In this document: positions 47,801 through 58,128 of the stretch, one piece after another
How positions within the stretch are numbered: the stretch's first letter is position 1
Layout: every line of letters begins with the position of its first letter
DNA from: Pseudomonadota bacterium
GTDB lineage: Bacteria > Pseudomonadota > Gammaproteobacteria > Steroidobacterales > SZUA-146
Direction of reading: 5' to 3'
Assembly: GCA_039028935.1 (NCBI GenBank)
Contig: JBCCHD010000001.1
Coordinates: 135,181-199,180 of the forward strand
Length of the DNA stretch: 64,000 nucleotides
The notes under the pieces: model-generated
Database searches by the model: none
The model's input: the letters and a program-made list of their open reading frames with translations, nothing else
Told to the model about the DNA's origin: nothing
Position numbers and translations under genes: made by a program

Positions 47801-50122
47801 TTACGGTGTGGTGGGTTGAACAACATCCGAGGCATTTCGCGTACCAGGGCCGGCGCGCTCGTCGGCGGCGCGCTGATAGAACGCGTCATTTCGATCGCTG
47901 TTGGCTTCGGCGATAAGGTAGGCGCGAATGGCTTCGGAGGTCGAATCATCGATGAAGCGTCGAAAACCAGCCATGCCAAGAGGCGCTTTGGCACCCTCAA
48001 GCACCACGCTGTCCCAGGCGGCCTGGACCGCGAGAAACGGTGAGTAGCGCAAGTTGGGTATCGACCCATAGGACTGACCGTGATCGCCATGACAGGCGGC
48101 ACAATACTCGATATACGCTTTGCTGCCCGTCGCCACCACGTCGCGAGAGGCGGTGGCCGGCGGCGGCGCTGGGCGCTCGGATGCGACGACGGGCAATGGC
48201 GGTAGTTCGCCATTCGCACCGAGCTTGAACGCCATTACGCGGCCGACTTTTGGTTCGCCACCCGCCGCGGACACGCCGCCCATTACTAGGCCGAACGCGC
48301 CGCCCCAACCCGATGCCACGGCGATGTACTGCTCGCCCTCTAGCGCGTAACTTACCGGCGCCGCGACAATGCCCGTTTGACTAAAAAAGCGCCATAGTCG
48401 GTCGCCGGTGCGCGCATCAAACGCCGCAAAGTGGGCATCGGCGGTTCCCTGAAACACCAGGTTGCCCGCGGTAGACAAGACACCGCCATTCCAAGGACCC
48501 AGGTGTTCATGCGTCCACGCCGCTTTTTGATTGACCGGATCCCAGGCGATGAGCCGGCCTTTCAACAGCGTGCGCACGGCACGAAAAAACGCTTTGTTCG
48601 TTGGCAACGACCCCAGCATTTCGTTAACACCGGTATTCCAGGTGCCGTGCTCATACCGAAAATCGGGGTCGTCCGAGTAGGTAAACGGCACTTCTTGCGC
48701 GGGAATGTACACCAACTGCGTATCGGGATTGAACGCCATGGGTTGCCAGTTGTGCGCGCCGATGGGCCCGGGTGTTTGCAGGTAGGGACGGCTTCCGGGC
48801 CAACGCGCACCGGGCACTTCAACCGGTCGACCACTCTGCGGATCGATATGGGTGGCCCAGTTGACTGGAACAAAATTGTTCGCCGAAATCAGCGCGCCGG
48901 TGACGCGATCGATGACGTAGAAAAAGCCATTTTTGGGCGCTTGCATCAACACCTTGCGGGCGTCGCCTTCGATCATCAAATCGGCGAGGATCATGTGCTG
49001 CGTGGCGGTGTAGTCCCAGGTTTCACCCGGCGTAGTTTGATAGTGCCAAATGTACTCGCCGGAATCGGGATTGAGCGCCACAATCGAAGACAGAAACAGG
49101 TTGTCGCCACCGTCAGGACTGCGCAGACGTTGATTCCAGGGCGAGCCATTGCCGACCCCGATGTAGAGCTGGTTTAGCTCGGCGTCGTAGGCCATCGAGT
49201 CCCACACGGTGCCACCCCCGCCGCTGGTCCACCATTGGCCTGTCCAGGTGTCGGCCGCCATGGCCAGCACATCGTGCTCGAAGCCCTCCGTTGGGTTGCC
49301 AGGCACCGTATAAAATCGCCACACCATGTCGCCCGAGTCCAGATCGTAGGCCGACACATAGCCCCGCACACCGTACTCGGCGCCGCCGTTACCGATGATC
49401 ACTTTGTCTTTTACGATGCGCGGTGCGCCGGTGATGGAGTAGGACTTGGACAAATCGATCGTAAGCACGTCCCAGTTGGGCTGACCGGTTCGCTTATCCA
49501 ACGCGATGAGTCGCCCATCGATTGTGCCGGTGAATACCTGATCGCCATGAAGCGCGACCCCGCGATTAACCGCGTCACAACACAAGAAGGCGCCGCGCGA
49601 CCGATCGACTTTGGGGTCGTATTGCCAGAGCTGTTCGCCCGTGCGCGCGTCGAGTGCGGTGACGATATTCCAGGTGGCGGTGACATACATGACGCCGTCT
49701 TTTACGATCGGTGTCGCCTCAATGCCGCGACTGACCCCCAGATCGAACGACCAGGCCAAACCCAACGCATCGATGTTGTCAGCATGAATCTGATTGAGCG
49801 GCGAATGTCGCTGCTCGGAGTAAGTGCGACCATGATGCGGCCAATCGGTGTCGGCGGCTTCGCGTCCATCCGGTTCTGAAGCGAGCGCGTTGGCTAGGCG
49901 CGCGGTGGGCCGCGACGAGCTCGATGCCGGTGAGTCAAGCCGCGGTGCCGCGGTGTCCTGGCCCTGTGTCGCCTGGGGCGGGCTGTCTCCACTGCAGGCA
50001 ATAAGTGTCACAACGAGCCACGCCATAAGGCACGCATTCCACGTCATGCGATCGCGTCGGTTCGTTAAGCGCGTGCGCGCAAATGAGACGTGCGGTGGTA
50101 AATCGGTCATGCGGTCAGTCAT
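47801..50122 (-). CDS. PQQ-dependent alcohol dehydrogenase, quinohaemoprotein type (C-terminal cytochrome c domain), predicted lipoprotein
   Basis: Vicinal disulfide LCCDAVNRG, W-docking propeller repeats, and C-terminal YIEYCAACHGDHG (CXXCH). Lipobox VTLIACSG. Alternative starts at 50110 and 50047. Confidence 0.85.
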   Translation of the reverse strand: MTDRMTDLPPHVSFARTRLTNRRDRMTWNACLMAWLVVTLIACSGDSPPQATQGQDTAAPRLDSPASSSSRPTARLANALASEPDGREAADTDWPHHGRTYSEQRHSPLNQIHADNIDALGLAWSFDLGVSRGIEATPIVKDGVMYVTATWNIVTALDARTGEQLWQYDPKVDRSRGAFLCCDAVNRGVALHGDQVFTGTIDGRLIALDKRTGQPNWDVLTIDLSKSYSITGAPRIVKDKVIIGNGGAEYGVRGYVSAYDLDSGDMVWRFYTVPGNPTEGFEHDVLAMAADTWTGQWWTSGGGGTVWDSMAYDAELNQLYIGVGNGSPWNQRLRSPDGGDNLFLSSIVALNPDSGEYIWHYQTTPGETWDYTATQHMILADLMIEGDARKVLMQAPKNGFFYVIDRVTGALISANNFVPVNWATHIDPQSGRPVEVPGARWPGSRPYLQTPGPIGAHNWQPMAFNPDTQLVYIPAQEVPFTYSDDPDFRYEHGTWNTGVNEMLGSLPTNKAFFRAVRTLLKGRLIAWDPVNQKAAWTHEHLGPWNGGVLSTAGNLVFQGTADAHFAAFDARTGDRLWRFFSQTGIVAAPVSYALEGEQYIAVASGWGGAFGLVMGGVSAAGGEPKVGRVMAFKLGANGELPPLPVVASERPAPPPATASRDVVATGSKAYIEYCAACHGDHGQSYGSIPNLRYSPFLAVQAAWDSVVLEGAKAPLGMAGFRRFIDDSTSEAIRAYLIAEANSDRNDAFYQRAADERAGPGTRNASDVVQPTTP

Positions 50123-50295
50123 GCGTTGTTTAGGCGGCGTTCGGTCAGTGATCGGGTGACGATACGATGATGGGTGGTCGCCCGTTGTGGTAACGCGCGT
50201 ATTGTCACCACTCGTTGAACACGCGCGGTCATCCTCGGTGTCGTGCAATAGACAGAGTATAAAGAAAGGGTAGCCGAAGCGTCATGCAAAACGCG

Positions 50296-51675
50296 TCAAT
50301 CGCGCGATTTGCTCGGCCGCACGTCCTCGACGCGCGCATCCAGTTCACCCTCGGCCAGGCGGATCGCGATGCGATCGTTGGCCCGGAGCGAGTCCGCATC
50401 ACGGACGACACGCTGTTGGTGTCTCACGATGGCGTACCCCCGATCGAGCGTGGCCTGAGGGCCCACACTGGCGAGCGTGGCGGTCGCCAGTTTGAGGCGT
50501 GCCTCGGCCTCGGAAAGCTGTTGAGTGAGGGTGGTGCTGAGCCGCTGCGACAGGCGCGCAAGTTCGGCCTGTGACATCGCGAGTGCACGCTGTGGCGTAC
50601 GGGTCTGAAGTCGCGCCGTCAAATGACCGAGTTGCTGTGCGCGCTCGGCAAGGGCAACGCGAATCAGGCCCTTGAGTCGACCATCGAGGTCGTCAAGTCG
50701 CAGCATGTGCTGGGCGATTTGGCGGTCTGGGCGGGCTTGATGATGACGTCCGCTCAGCCAGCGCAGCGTTGCCTGTGCATTGTCCAGGTGGCTATGCAGT
50801 CCGCGCTCAAGGCGGCGCCCCAGGCCCTGTAAGCCGACCAACCATTCATGGGCGTCGGGCACCACAAGCTCGGCGGCGGCGGATGGCGTGGGGGCACGCA
50901 CGTCGGCCACAAAGTCGCTGATCGTGACATCCGTTTCATGGCCGACGCCGCTCACAATCGGCACTGGACAGGCGTGCAGGGCGCGGGCCACGGTTTCTTC
51001 ATTAAGTGGCCATAAATCCTCAATCGATCCGCCGCCCCGCGCCACAATCAGTACATCGCAGTCGCGCCGTGCGCCGGCGAGCCGCAGGGCGTTGACGATT
51101 TGCCCCGCCGCCTGTTCACCCTGCACAGCGACTGGATACAGTCGCACGGGTATGCCCGGAAATCGGCGCTGAAGCACATTAAGTATGTCTTGTACCGCCG
51201 CGCCGGTGGGGGAGGTGATGAGCCCAATGCGCCGCGGCAGGCGTGGCAGACGTTGCTTGTGGGACTCGGCAAACAGACCTTCCTTCTCGAGCTGCTTTTT
51301 GAGCGCCTCAAACTGACGCTGAAGCGCGCCGACGCCGGCGTCCTGCATATTCTCGGCGATGAGCTGATAGTCGCCGCGCGCTTCGTACAGGCTGATGCGT
51401 CCGCGCACCACAACCGCCATCCCGTCGCGCGGTTCAATTTGCGCATATTGATTGCGGTTACGAAACATCGCGCAACGAATTTGCGCGTGCGGGTCTTTGA
51501 GCGTGAAATACCAGTGCCCGGAAGCCGGCCGCGCAATGTTGGACAGCTCTCCTTCTACCCAGGTCATAGGAAGGCCGGTTTCCAGTAATCGGCGCGCTTC
51601 GCGGTTGAGTTGGGAAACGCTCAGGACTTTGCGCTCGGCAGTGGATTTGAGGCCGTATTTGTCCATCATGGGCAT
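50296..51675 (-). CDS. xseA: exodeoxyribonuclease VII large subunit
   Basis: LSVSQLNREARRLLE...VEGELSN...SGHWYFTLKD (OB fold). GLITSPTGAAVQDIL and RGGGSIEDLW. Divergent from guaBA as in E. coli. Start chosen at MPMMDKYG. Confidence 0.9.
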   Translation of the reverse strand: MPMMDKYGLKSTAERKVLSVSQLNREARRLLETGLPMTWVEGELSNIARPASGHWYFTLKDPHAQIRCAMFRNRNQYAQIEPRDGMAVVVRGRISLYEARGDYQLIAENMQDAGVGALQRQFEALKKQLEKEGLFAESHKQRLPRLPRRIGLITSPTGAAVQDILNVLQRRFPGIPVRLYPVAVQGEQAAGQIVNALRLAGARRDCDVLIVARGGGSIEDLWPLNEETVARALHACPVPIVSGVGHETDVTISDFVADVRAPTPSAAAELVVPDAHEWLVGLQGLGRRLERGLHSHLDNAQATLRWLSGRHHQARPDRQIAQHMLRLDDLDGRLKGLIRVALAERAQQLGHLTARLQTRTPQRALAMSQAELARLSQRLSTTLTQQLSEAEARLKLATATLASVGPQATLDRGYAIVRHQQRVVRDADSLRANDRIAIRLAEGELDARVEDVRPSKSRD

Positions 51676-51884
51676 GATACTCCGGCGCTCGGCAAAGGCC
51701 AATCGATGGTTTACCTGGCTAGGGGATGTCGGTATAGTCGCTGGCTAATTTTACCCGGCAGCGCGCCGCCTGGACGCCGCAATTTCGCCTATCGGACCGC
51801 GGCTTTCGCGCGGGGCCGCCTCTTTCGTCACCGAGCGATTAAACGCTTTGCCGCGATGGCATGGACGAATCCGGAGAGACCGAT

Positions 51885-53354
51885 ATGCGATTAAAGGAAG
51901 AAGCCTTAACGTTTGATGATGTGCTGCTGCAGCCCGCCTATTCCGATGTGCTGCCACGCGACGTCAATCTCACCACCCGCCTTACCACCGACATCACGCT
52001 CAACGTGCCGTTGTTGTCCGCGGCAATGGACACCGTCACCGAAGCTCGCCTTGCGATAGCGTTGGCGCAAGAAGGCGGCATCGGCATCGTGCACAAGAAC
52101 ATGTCGATCGATGGACAAGCTCAGGAAGTATCGCGCGTTAAGAAGTTCGAAAGCGGGGTAATCACCGATCCGATTACCGTTACGCCGGAACACACCGTGC
52201 GCGAAGTGCTCGAGCTGACCCGGCGTCACAATATCTCGGGCCTGCCGGTTGTGAGCGGCCGGGAAACGGTGGGCATTGTGACTCGTCGTGATCTACGGTT
52301 TGTCACCGAACTCGATGCACCGATCACCAGCGTCATGACCGGTAAGGCCGATCTGATTACCGTGGGTGAAAACGCGCCGAAGGAAGAAGTGCAGGCCTTG
52401 CTGCACAAGCACCGCATTGAGAAAGTGCTTGTGGTCAACGGCAACTTTGAACTGCGTGGCATGATCACCGTCAAGGATTTTGAAAAAGCATCGGAATTTC
52501 CCAATGCGTGCAAGGACGGTGACGGCAGCTTGCGGGTTGGTGCGGCGGTCGGCACGGGTGCGGATACGCCCGACCGAGTGGCTGCACTGGTCGCCGCGGG
52601 CGTCGATGTGGTGGTGGTCGATACAAGTCATGGTCACACGCGTGGTGTGCTGGATACGATTCGTGCCATTCGGAACACCTACACGGACTTGCAAGTTATC
52701 GGCGGCAATATTGTTACGGCCGAAGCGGCGCGTGCGCTGGTCGACGCCGGCGCCAACGCAGTGAAAGTGGGCATTGGCCCTGGCTCGATTTGCACGACGC
52801 GAATGGTCGCGGGCGTGGGGGTACCGCAAGTCTCTGCGGTGTCGAACGTGGCGGCCGAGCTCGCTGCCAGCGGCGTCCCGCTTATTGCTGACGGCGGCAT
52901 TCGATACTCCGGCGACATTGCCAAGGCGATCGCCGCGGGTGCGCATTCGGTGATGATGGGGGGTCTGTTTGCCGGTACTGACGAATCGCCTGGACAGGTT
53001 GAGCTGTATCAAGGGCGATCCTATAAGTCGTATCGCGGCATGGGGTCGTTAGGCGCGATGGCTGAAACTCACGGTTCGTCAGATCGCTATTTCCAAGATA
53101 AAACCGATGAGGTGGAAAAGCTTGTGCCAGAGGGCATCGAGGGCCGCGTGCCGTACAAAGGCTCGCTGCTAGCGATTATTCACCAGTTGTTGGGAGGGGT
53201 GCGTTCGGCAATGGGCTACACCGGTAGCCATACGATTGAAGAGATGCGGACGAAGCCTGAGTTTGTGCGCATTACCAACGCGGGCGTGCAGGAAAGCCAT
53301 GTGCATGACGTGACGATCACCAAAGAGGCCCCTAATTATCGGTCGAGCCGTTAG
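51885..53354 (+). CDS. guaB: IMP dehydrogenase
   Basis: ORF trimmed to [20 protein letters not shown], with GGAGAG 7 nt upstream. [11 protein letters not shown] catalytic loop. CBS pair. Confidence 0.95.
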   Translation: MRLKEEALTFDDVLLQPAYSDVLPRDVNLTTRLTTDITLNVPLLSAAMDTVTEARLAIALAQEGGIGIVHKNMSIDGQAQEVSRVKKFESGVITDPITVTPEHTVREVLELTRRHNISGLPVVSGRETVGIVTRRDLRFVTELDAPITSVMTGKADLITVGENAPKEEVQALLHKHRIEKVLVVNGNFELRGMITVKDFEKASEFPNACKDGDGSLRVGAAVGTGADTPDRVAALVAAGVDVVVVDTSHGHTRGVLDTIRAIRNTYTDLQVIGGNIVTAEAARALVDAGANAVKVGIGPGSICTTRMVAGVGVPQVSAVSNVAAELAASGVPLIADGGIRYSGDIAKAIAAGAHSVMMGGLFAGTDESPGQVELYQGRSYKSYRGMGSLGAMAETHGSSDRYFQDKTDEVEKLVPEGIEGRVPYKGSLLAIIHQLLGGVRSAMGYTGSHTIEEMRTKPEFVRITNAGVQESHVHDVTITKEAPNYRSSR

Positions 53355-53464
53355 TCGTTCGCTAGCGCGTGGTGAGCGGCGGTGTGTAAGTAAAAGAGTG
53401 TGCGTGGTCGGGTCAATCGAGCACGCTCGCCGCATTGATGTTTAACTTCTTGTCCGGAGTCCGC

Positions 53465-55042
53465 ATGAGCCAGCCTGATATTCACGCTTCCCGTATTCTT
53501 ATACTGGATTTTGGGGGGCAGTACACGCAGCTAATCGCGCGTCGTGTCAGAGAGGCGGGCGTCTTCTGTGAGATCCATCCTTGGGATATCACGGACGCGG
53601 AGGTGGCGGCGTTTGGCGCGGATGGCATTATTTTATCAGGCGGCCCCGAGTCCGCGATTGGTGACGACGCGCCGGTGGCGCCGTCCAGCGTGTTTGAGTC
53701 AGGCGTACCGGTGCTCGGCATTTGTTATGGCATGCAGACCATGGAGGCACAGTTAGGCGGTGCGGTTGAAAGTGGCCATGATGCCGAATTCGGTTACGCG
53801 ATGCTCGACGTGGTGGGCCCGTGCGCGATACTTGACGGCCTGAACGATGCCGACAGTATCGACATGCCGGCGCTGGATGTCTGGATGAGCCATGGTGACC
53901 GCGTCACCGCGATCCCTGAGGGATTTGCCACCGTCGGTCGCTCCGATAACGCGCCGATTGCCGCCATGTGTGACGCATCGCGCCGTTTCTTCGGGGTTCA
54001 GTTTCACCCGGAAGTCACACACACCAAACAGGGCCAGGTTATTTTGTCGCGCTTCATTCACGATGTGTGCGGGTGTGCGCCGTTGTGGACATCGGCCAAT
54101 ATTATTGACGACAGCATCGCCCAGGTGCGCGAGAGCGTCGGGGATGACCACGTGCTGCTGGGATTATCCGGTGGGGTCGATTCCTCCGTGGTTGCGGCGC
54201 TGTTGGCGCGAGCGATTGGCGATCAGCTGACCTGCGTGTTTGTCGATACCGGCTTGCTGCGCCATGAGGAAGGCGATCAAGTCATGGAGACGTTTGCTCG
54301 AAACATGGGCATCAACGTTATTCGCGTCAATGCCGGCGATCGCTTTTTCAACGCATTGGCGGGTGAAACGGATCCAGAGGCCAAGCGAAAAATTATTGGG
54401 CGACTTTTTATCGAAGTGTTTGATGAGGAGGCGCAAAAAATCCCTGGGGTTAAGTGGTTGGCGCAAGGCACGATTTACCCGGACGTAATCGAGTCAGCGG
54501 GGGCTAAAACCGGTAAGGCCAAAGTGATTAAGTCACACCACAACGTGGGCGGATTGCCGGAAAAAATGAATCTTAAGCTCGTCGAGCCGTTGCGTGAATT
54601 ATTTAAGGATGAAGTGCGTCGCTTGGGAATCGAGTTAGGCTTGCCCGAAGAAATGGTGATGCGTCATCCCTTTCCAGGCCCAGGTCTTGGCGTACGGATT
54701 TTGGGCGAGGTCAAAAAAGAGTATGCCGACGTGTTGCGTTTAGCCGATCATATTCTGATCAGCGAGCTTCGCGCCCACGATCTTTACGATGATGTCAGCC
54801 AAGCCTTTGCGGTCTTTTTGCCGGTGCGCTCGGTGGGGGTGGTTGGTGATTACCGAAGTTATGATTGGGTCATTTCCCTTCGCAGCGTGAATACCATCGA
54901 TTTTATGACGGCGCATTGGTCACGCCTGCCCTATGATTTTTTGGATGTAGTGTCGCGCCGAATCATTAATGAAGTCGATGGCGTAAGTCGCGTCACGTAC
55001 GATATTTCCAGTAAACCACCCGCCACCATCGAATGGGAGTAG
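53465..55042 (+). CDS. guaA: GMP synthase (glutamine-hydrolysing)
   Basis: ORF trimmed to [48 protein letters not shown] (PP-loop), and the ending PPATIEWE. Confidence 0.95.
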   Translation: MSQPDIHASRILILDFGGQYTQLIARRVREAGVFCEIHPWDITDAEVAAFGADGIILSGGPESAIGDDAPVAPSSVFESGVPVLGICYGMQTMEAQLGGAVESGHDAEFGYAMLDVVGPCAILDGLNDADSIDMPALDVWMSHGDRVTAIPEGFATVGRSDNAPIAAMCDASRRFFGVQFHPEVTHTKQGQVILSRFIHDVCGCAPLWTSANIIDDSIAQVRESVGDDHVLLGLSGGVDSSVVAALLARAIGDQLTCVFVDTGLLRHEEGDQVMETFARNMGINVIRVNAGDRFFNALAGETDPEAKRKIIGRLFIEVFDEEAQKIPGVKWLAQGTIYPDVIESAGAKTGKAKVIKSHHNVGGLPEKMNLKLVEPLRELFKDEVRRLGIELGLPEEMVMRHPFPGPGLGVRILGEVKKEYADVLRLADHILISELRAHDLYDDVSQAFAVFLPVRSVGVVGDYRSYDWVISLRSVNTIDFMTAHWSRLPYDFLDVVSRRIINEVDGVSRVTYDISSKPPATIEWE

Positions 55043-55055
55043 GCGCGGCGCGGTG

Positions 55056-56888
55056 TCACGGCTGTTGTCCCGATCCTCGAACGGCGGCCGGCAAGATAAA
55101 TCGCTGCATGAATCGGTCTCGGAACTGATTGCGCGTGCGTCCGTCGCTGTAGTTGCCCGCATTGATCATAACGGTGAGTGCGTAGGCGGGGACCACAAAG
55201 AGCAGCTGTCCACCATTGCCGCTGGCATAAAACGTCTCGATCGGTTCCTCGTCCACGACAAACGTCTGTCGCCACCATGCGTAGCCATAATCATTGGTTC
55301 GGTTTAGCGATGCGTGTGGTTGAAACGATTTTTCCACCCATGCTTTGGACACAATCTGCTGATCGTTAAAGCGTCCCTGATTGAGATAGAGTTGACCGAT
55401 TTTGAGGAAATCGCGCGGTCGTAGGCGCAGCCCTCCGCCCATGTAGGCGCGGTGATCGGGTGCGAGATTCATTTGGTAGTACGTAATGCCAAGTGGCTGC
55501 GCCAACGCGTCATGGAAAAAGCGCGGCAAACGTTGCTGGGTGGCCCGTTCGATGGCGCCACCGATCACGTTTAACGCGCCGGTACAGTAGACGCCCGCGG
55601 CGCCCGGATCGCGCACCATCGGTAGCGAGAGGGTGTAGCGTCGCCAATCGGGTTGCTCACGTTGGTTTTGCATCACGTTTTCGTTGCCGACGTTGCTTTC
55701 ATCGTCATCGTCACAGTCAAAACCCGATGACATGGTGATCAAGTGATGAAGCGTCATGTTTGCTTTGCGTGGGTCGGCGTTCGCAAACTGATCGACGCCC
55801 CCAAACAGCGGGTAAACGCGCTCGTATTCGTTGGCAAGATAGCCCTGATGAATAGTCGCCCCCAATAAGACGGACGCAATGGTTTTACCCGCCGAGCGAG
55901 AATCATGGGGTGTTTCGCGGTCGTATCCATGGAAATACTCTTCCACCACGAGCTGTCCACGGTGGGCGATCAGCACAGAGTGGATGTAAGGCTGGCGGAG
56001 CCCGGTGGGCGTAAATGTGGCGATTTCGTTAATCAGCTCGCCAAGCAAGGTGGCATCGAGGCCTGAGTCGTTAGGCCGAGCGGTGAGCCAGCCATCGTTC
56101 AGCTGCGGCGGCTGCGGCAGCGTGTCGAGCGCGAGCGGCAAGCGTCGCGGGTAAAATCCCGGTGCAGTCGGCTGTTCACGCCGCGTAAATTCCAGTGTGT
56201 TTCCGGTGCGCCCAAACACGAGGGCAAAGCGCTGTCCGGGTTCGAGCACATCAGCCCGCGCGAGCGTATCGCCATCAGCGTTAAGGAATTCGATGTGTTG
56301 GTCGGTGATGGTCGCGGAAGCGATGCGGAAGAACACACCAAAATTGCGCTGTGGATTACGTAAGAAACTGCGGTAGGTCACGCGTTGTTGGGCATCAACA
56401 CGCCCGTCACGCAACGGAATATTCAGCGACACATCGTGGCGGAACGGCCGGATGTGCCCGGCAAAGGCATAATCGCCAGCCGGTCGGAGCGTGACGGGTG
56501 TGGCGATCGGGTAGCTCTCTATCGCACCGGGTGGTTGAATCCAGTGCCCTTGAATGGGGGCCGTAGTGGACGACTGGTGACCGATAAATTGGCCTTGATC
56601 GGCAAACGAGAACGACCATTCGATGGGGCCGTCTTCGATGTGGGTTTGCGTCACACGAACAGAATCCCCTTGATGGCGCGCGAACCAGCCGGCGGCAGAA
56701 CGAACCAACGTGAGCGGGCCTTGTCGGGTGGGGCCAAATTGGCGTTCTGAGACCCAGAGGCCTTCCCATGCGGTGTCGGGCTTAAAGTCGGTTTGCGCGG
56801 CGGCAGCTGGCGCTGCGAGCAGGGCAAACAGCAACAGAACGGCGCCGTGTTTTAGGGTCGGTGTGTGACGCTGTGGAGGGTGATTCAT
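55056..56888 (-). CDS. secreted serine hydrolase, beta-lactamase family, with ~290-aa N-terminal extra domain
   Basis: Signal peptide GAVLLLFALLAAPAAAAQ. SxxK in SRSAGKTIASV. YGYAWW near the C-terminus. Its start overlaps the stop of the GntR gene. Confidence 0.7.
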   Translation of the reverse strand: MNHPPQRHTPTLKHGAVLLLFALLAAPAAAAQTDFKPDTAWEGLWVSERQFGPTRQGPLTLVRSAAGWFARHQGDSVRVTQTHIEDGPIEWSFSFADQGQFIGHQSSTTAPIQGHWIQPPGAIESYPIATPVTLRPAGDYAFAGHIRPFRHDVSLNIPLRDGRVDAQQRVTYRSFLRNPQRNFGVFFRIASATITDQHIEFLNADGDTLARADVLEPGQRFALVFGRTGNTLEFTRREQPTAPGFYPRRLPLALDTLPQPPQLNDGWLTARPNDSGLDATLLGELINEIATFTPTGLRQPYIHSVLIAHRGQLVVEEYFHGYDRETPHDSRSAGKTIASVLLGATIHQGYLANEYERVYPLFGGVDQFANADPRKANMTLHHLITMSSGFDCDDDDESNVGNENVMQNQREQPDWRRYTLSLPMVRDPGAAGVYCTGALNVIGGAIERATQQRLPRFFHDALAQPLGITYYQMNLAPDHRAYMGGGLRLRPRDFLKIGQLYLNQGRFNDQQIVSKAWVEKSFQPHASLNRTNDYGYAWWRQTFVVDEEPIETFYASGNGGQLLFVVPAYALTVMINAGNYSDGRTRNQFRDRFMQRFILPAAVRGSGQQP

Positions 56889-57547
56889 CAGTGGTTTCCT
56901 ACCTGGGTTTGACGCAGCGTGAGCCAGTTGACAATGGCGGGGGCGCCGCCGCGCAGGTTGTTCTCGAGCAGCGTGCAGGCGCTGCCCAGATCGTTGTCAC
57001 CGAGCGCATGTAAAATTCGCTCGTGTTCGTCGCCCGCCGTAAAGACATTCGTCGTTTCGCGGAATAAGGCGTACTCGTACCGTCGGGTTCGATCAATAAA
57101 CTGATCGATAAGCGTGAGCAAAACCGTATTCGGGCACGTTTCGATAAGCGTCCGATGCCAGGTATTATCCAAATCAATGGCCTGTGAGGCCGTTGAGGCT
57201 CGCTGCATGTCGGTGTTGAGTTGATGCAATGTCGCCAGGCGTGTGGGCGACGGAATACCCGCCAATTTGAGGGCAGGCGGATCGAGCAGAGGCCGAATGT
57301 CGTACACGTGCTGAAATTCTGTCAGCGTTAAGGGGGCGACAAAGAAACCCCGTCGTGATTGAGTGGTGACGATGCCCTCCGCCACAAGGCGCCCAAGGCC
57401 TTCCCGTAGCGGGGTTCGGCTCACCCCCAGCGTTTGGGCAAGACGGACTTCGTTGATGCGTTCGCCATCGGCGAGTAGTCCCTCAACGATCATGTTCCGA
57501 ACGGCACTCGCGGCTTGATCGCTAATATTCTGTGGGTTTAATTGCAT
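56888..57547 (-). CDS. GntR family transcriptional regulator (FadR/FCD-type C-domain)
   Basis: Winged HTH INEVRLAQTLGVSRTPLREGLGRLVAEGIV. All-helical C-terminal domain. Confidence 0.85.
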   Translation of the reverse strand: MQLNPQNISDQAASAVRNMIVEGLLADGERINEVRLAQTLGVSRTPLREGLGRLVAEGIVTTQSRRGFFVAPLTLTEFQHVYDIRPLLDPPALKLAGIPSPTRLATLHQLNTDMQRASTASQAIDLDNTWHRTLIETCPNTVLLTLIDQFIDRTRRYEYALFRETTNVFTAGDEHERILHALGDNDLGSACTLLENNLRGGAPAIVNWLTLRQTQVGNH

Positions 57548-57559
57548 ACTGTATACAGT
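57548..57559. promoter_or_regulatory. 12-bp perfect palindrome ACTGTATACAGT directly upstream of the GntR start codon, candidate autoregulatory operator
   Basis: Read directly from the sequence. It fits the generic GT-Nx-AC inverted-repeat logic of GntR-family operators. Confidence 0.45.
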
Positions 57560-57580
57560 TTAGCAAAAAAACGTGTCATT

Positions 57581-57610
57581 GGCGATCCCGAGCGGTCGGG
57601 CAAGATCGCC
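57581..57610. repeat. nested GC-rich hairpin at the boundary between GC-rich DNA and the AT-rich hipBA leader
   Basis: ggcgatc-cccga-gcgg-tcggg-caa-gatcgcc, with 7-bp outer and 5-bp inner stems. Confidence 0.5.
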
Positions 57611-57626
57611 TGTGGGCTGATCCTTT

Positions 57627-57646
57627 TTGAGTAGAAAACGACTCAA
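57627..57646. promoter_or_regulatory. inverted repeat TTGAGT-N8-ACTCAA in the hipBA leader, candidate HipB operator
   Basis: Read directly from the sequence. Further TGAG/CTCAATA/TATTGAG half-sites occur at ~57642, ~57669 and ~57710. Confidence 0.3.
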
Positions 57647-57762
57647 TAGTTGCTTTTTCAAAATATAATGAGTAGTAATATGCGCAATAAGGTATTATCG
57701 TATAAATCGTTATTGAGACGAATTTAGCGCAATCAAGCAAATGCAACTACAATGAGAATGAT

Positions 57763-58128
57763 ATGGCTCAATATGAAGAATTGACTACTGCGTCCCCAGA
57801 GGCCGTGGAGCGCGTCTTAGGGCGGCGTCTCGAGCAGTTGCGGCTGGCGAAGAACATCAATCAAACCACCCTGGCAAACGAAGCCGGTGTGTCACGACGA
57901 ACGATAACGCGCCTCGAGAACGGGCAGGGTACATCGTTGGACACATTGATACGCGTGATGAAAGCACTCGGCGTTGTGCATCGATTCGACACGCTTTTGC
58001 CCGACCCGTCGGTTCGCCCGATCGATCGCGTGCGACGAAAAGGTAAAGAACGTCAACGAGCACGTGAAGTGACGGCCTCGCGGTCAACCGCGTCGTGGCA
58101 GTGGCAGGATGAGGGTTCTGAGTCGTGA
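57763..58128 (+). CDS. hipB: XRE-family HTH antitoxin, HipB-like
   Basis: LGRRLEQLRLAKNINQTTLANEAGVSRRTITRLENGQGTSLDTLIRVMKAL. Its stop overlaps the hipA GTG (GTGA). Confidence 0.8.
   Translation: MAQYEELTTASPEAVERVLGRRLEQLRLAKNINQTTLANEAGVSRRTITRLENGQGTSLDTLIRVMKALGVVHRFDTLLPDPSVRPIDRVRRKGKERQRAREVTASRSTASWQWQDEGSES

Noticed and set aside
47752-48219. N-terminal 156 aa of track ORF 46642-48219. Analogous long extensions occur at 2284-2364, 4814-4969, 10615-10878, 20928-21170, 21766-21858, 23024-23119, 43049-43399 and 50123-50248
   Set aside because: The extensions overlap neighbouring genes or AT-rich intergenic DNA. They precede an internal Met that gives a proper signal peptide or matches the N-termini of homologues. 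All were trimmed.
48431-49177. 248-aa plus-strand ORF inside the PQQ dehydrogenase gene
   Set aside because: It is antisense to a gene with clear quinohaemoprotein signatures. The composition is typical of a shadow frame.
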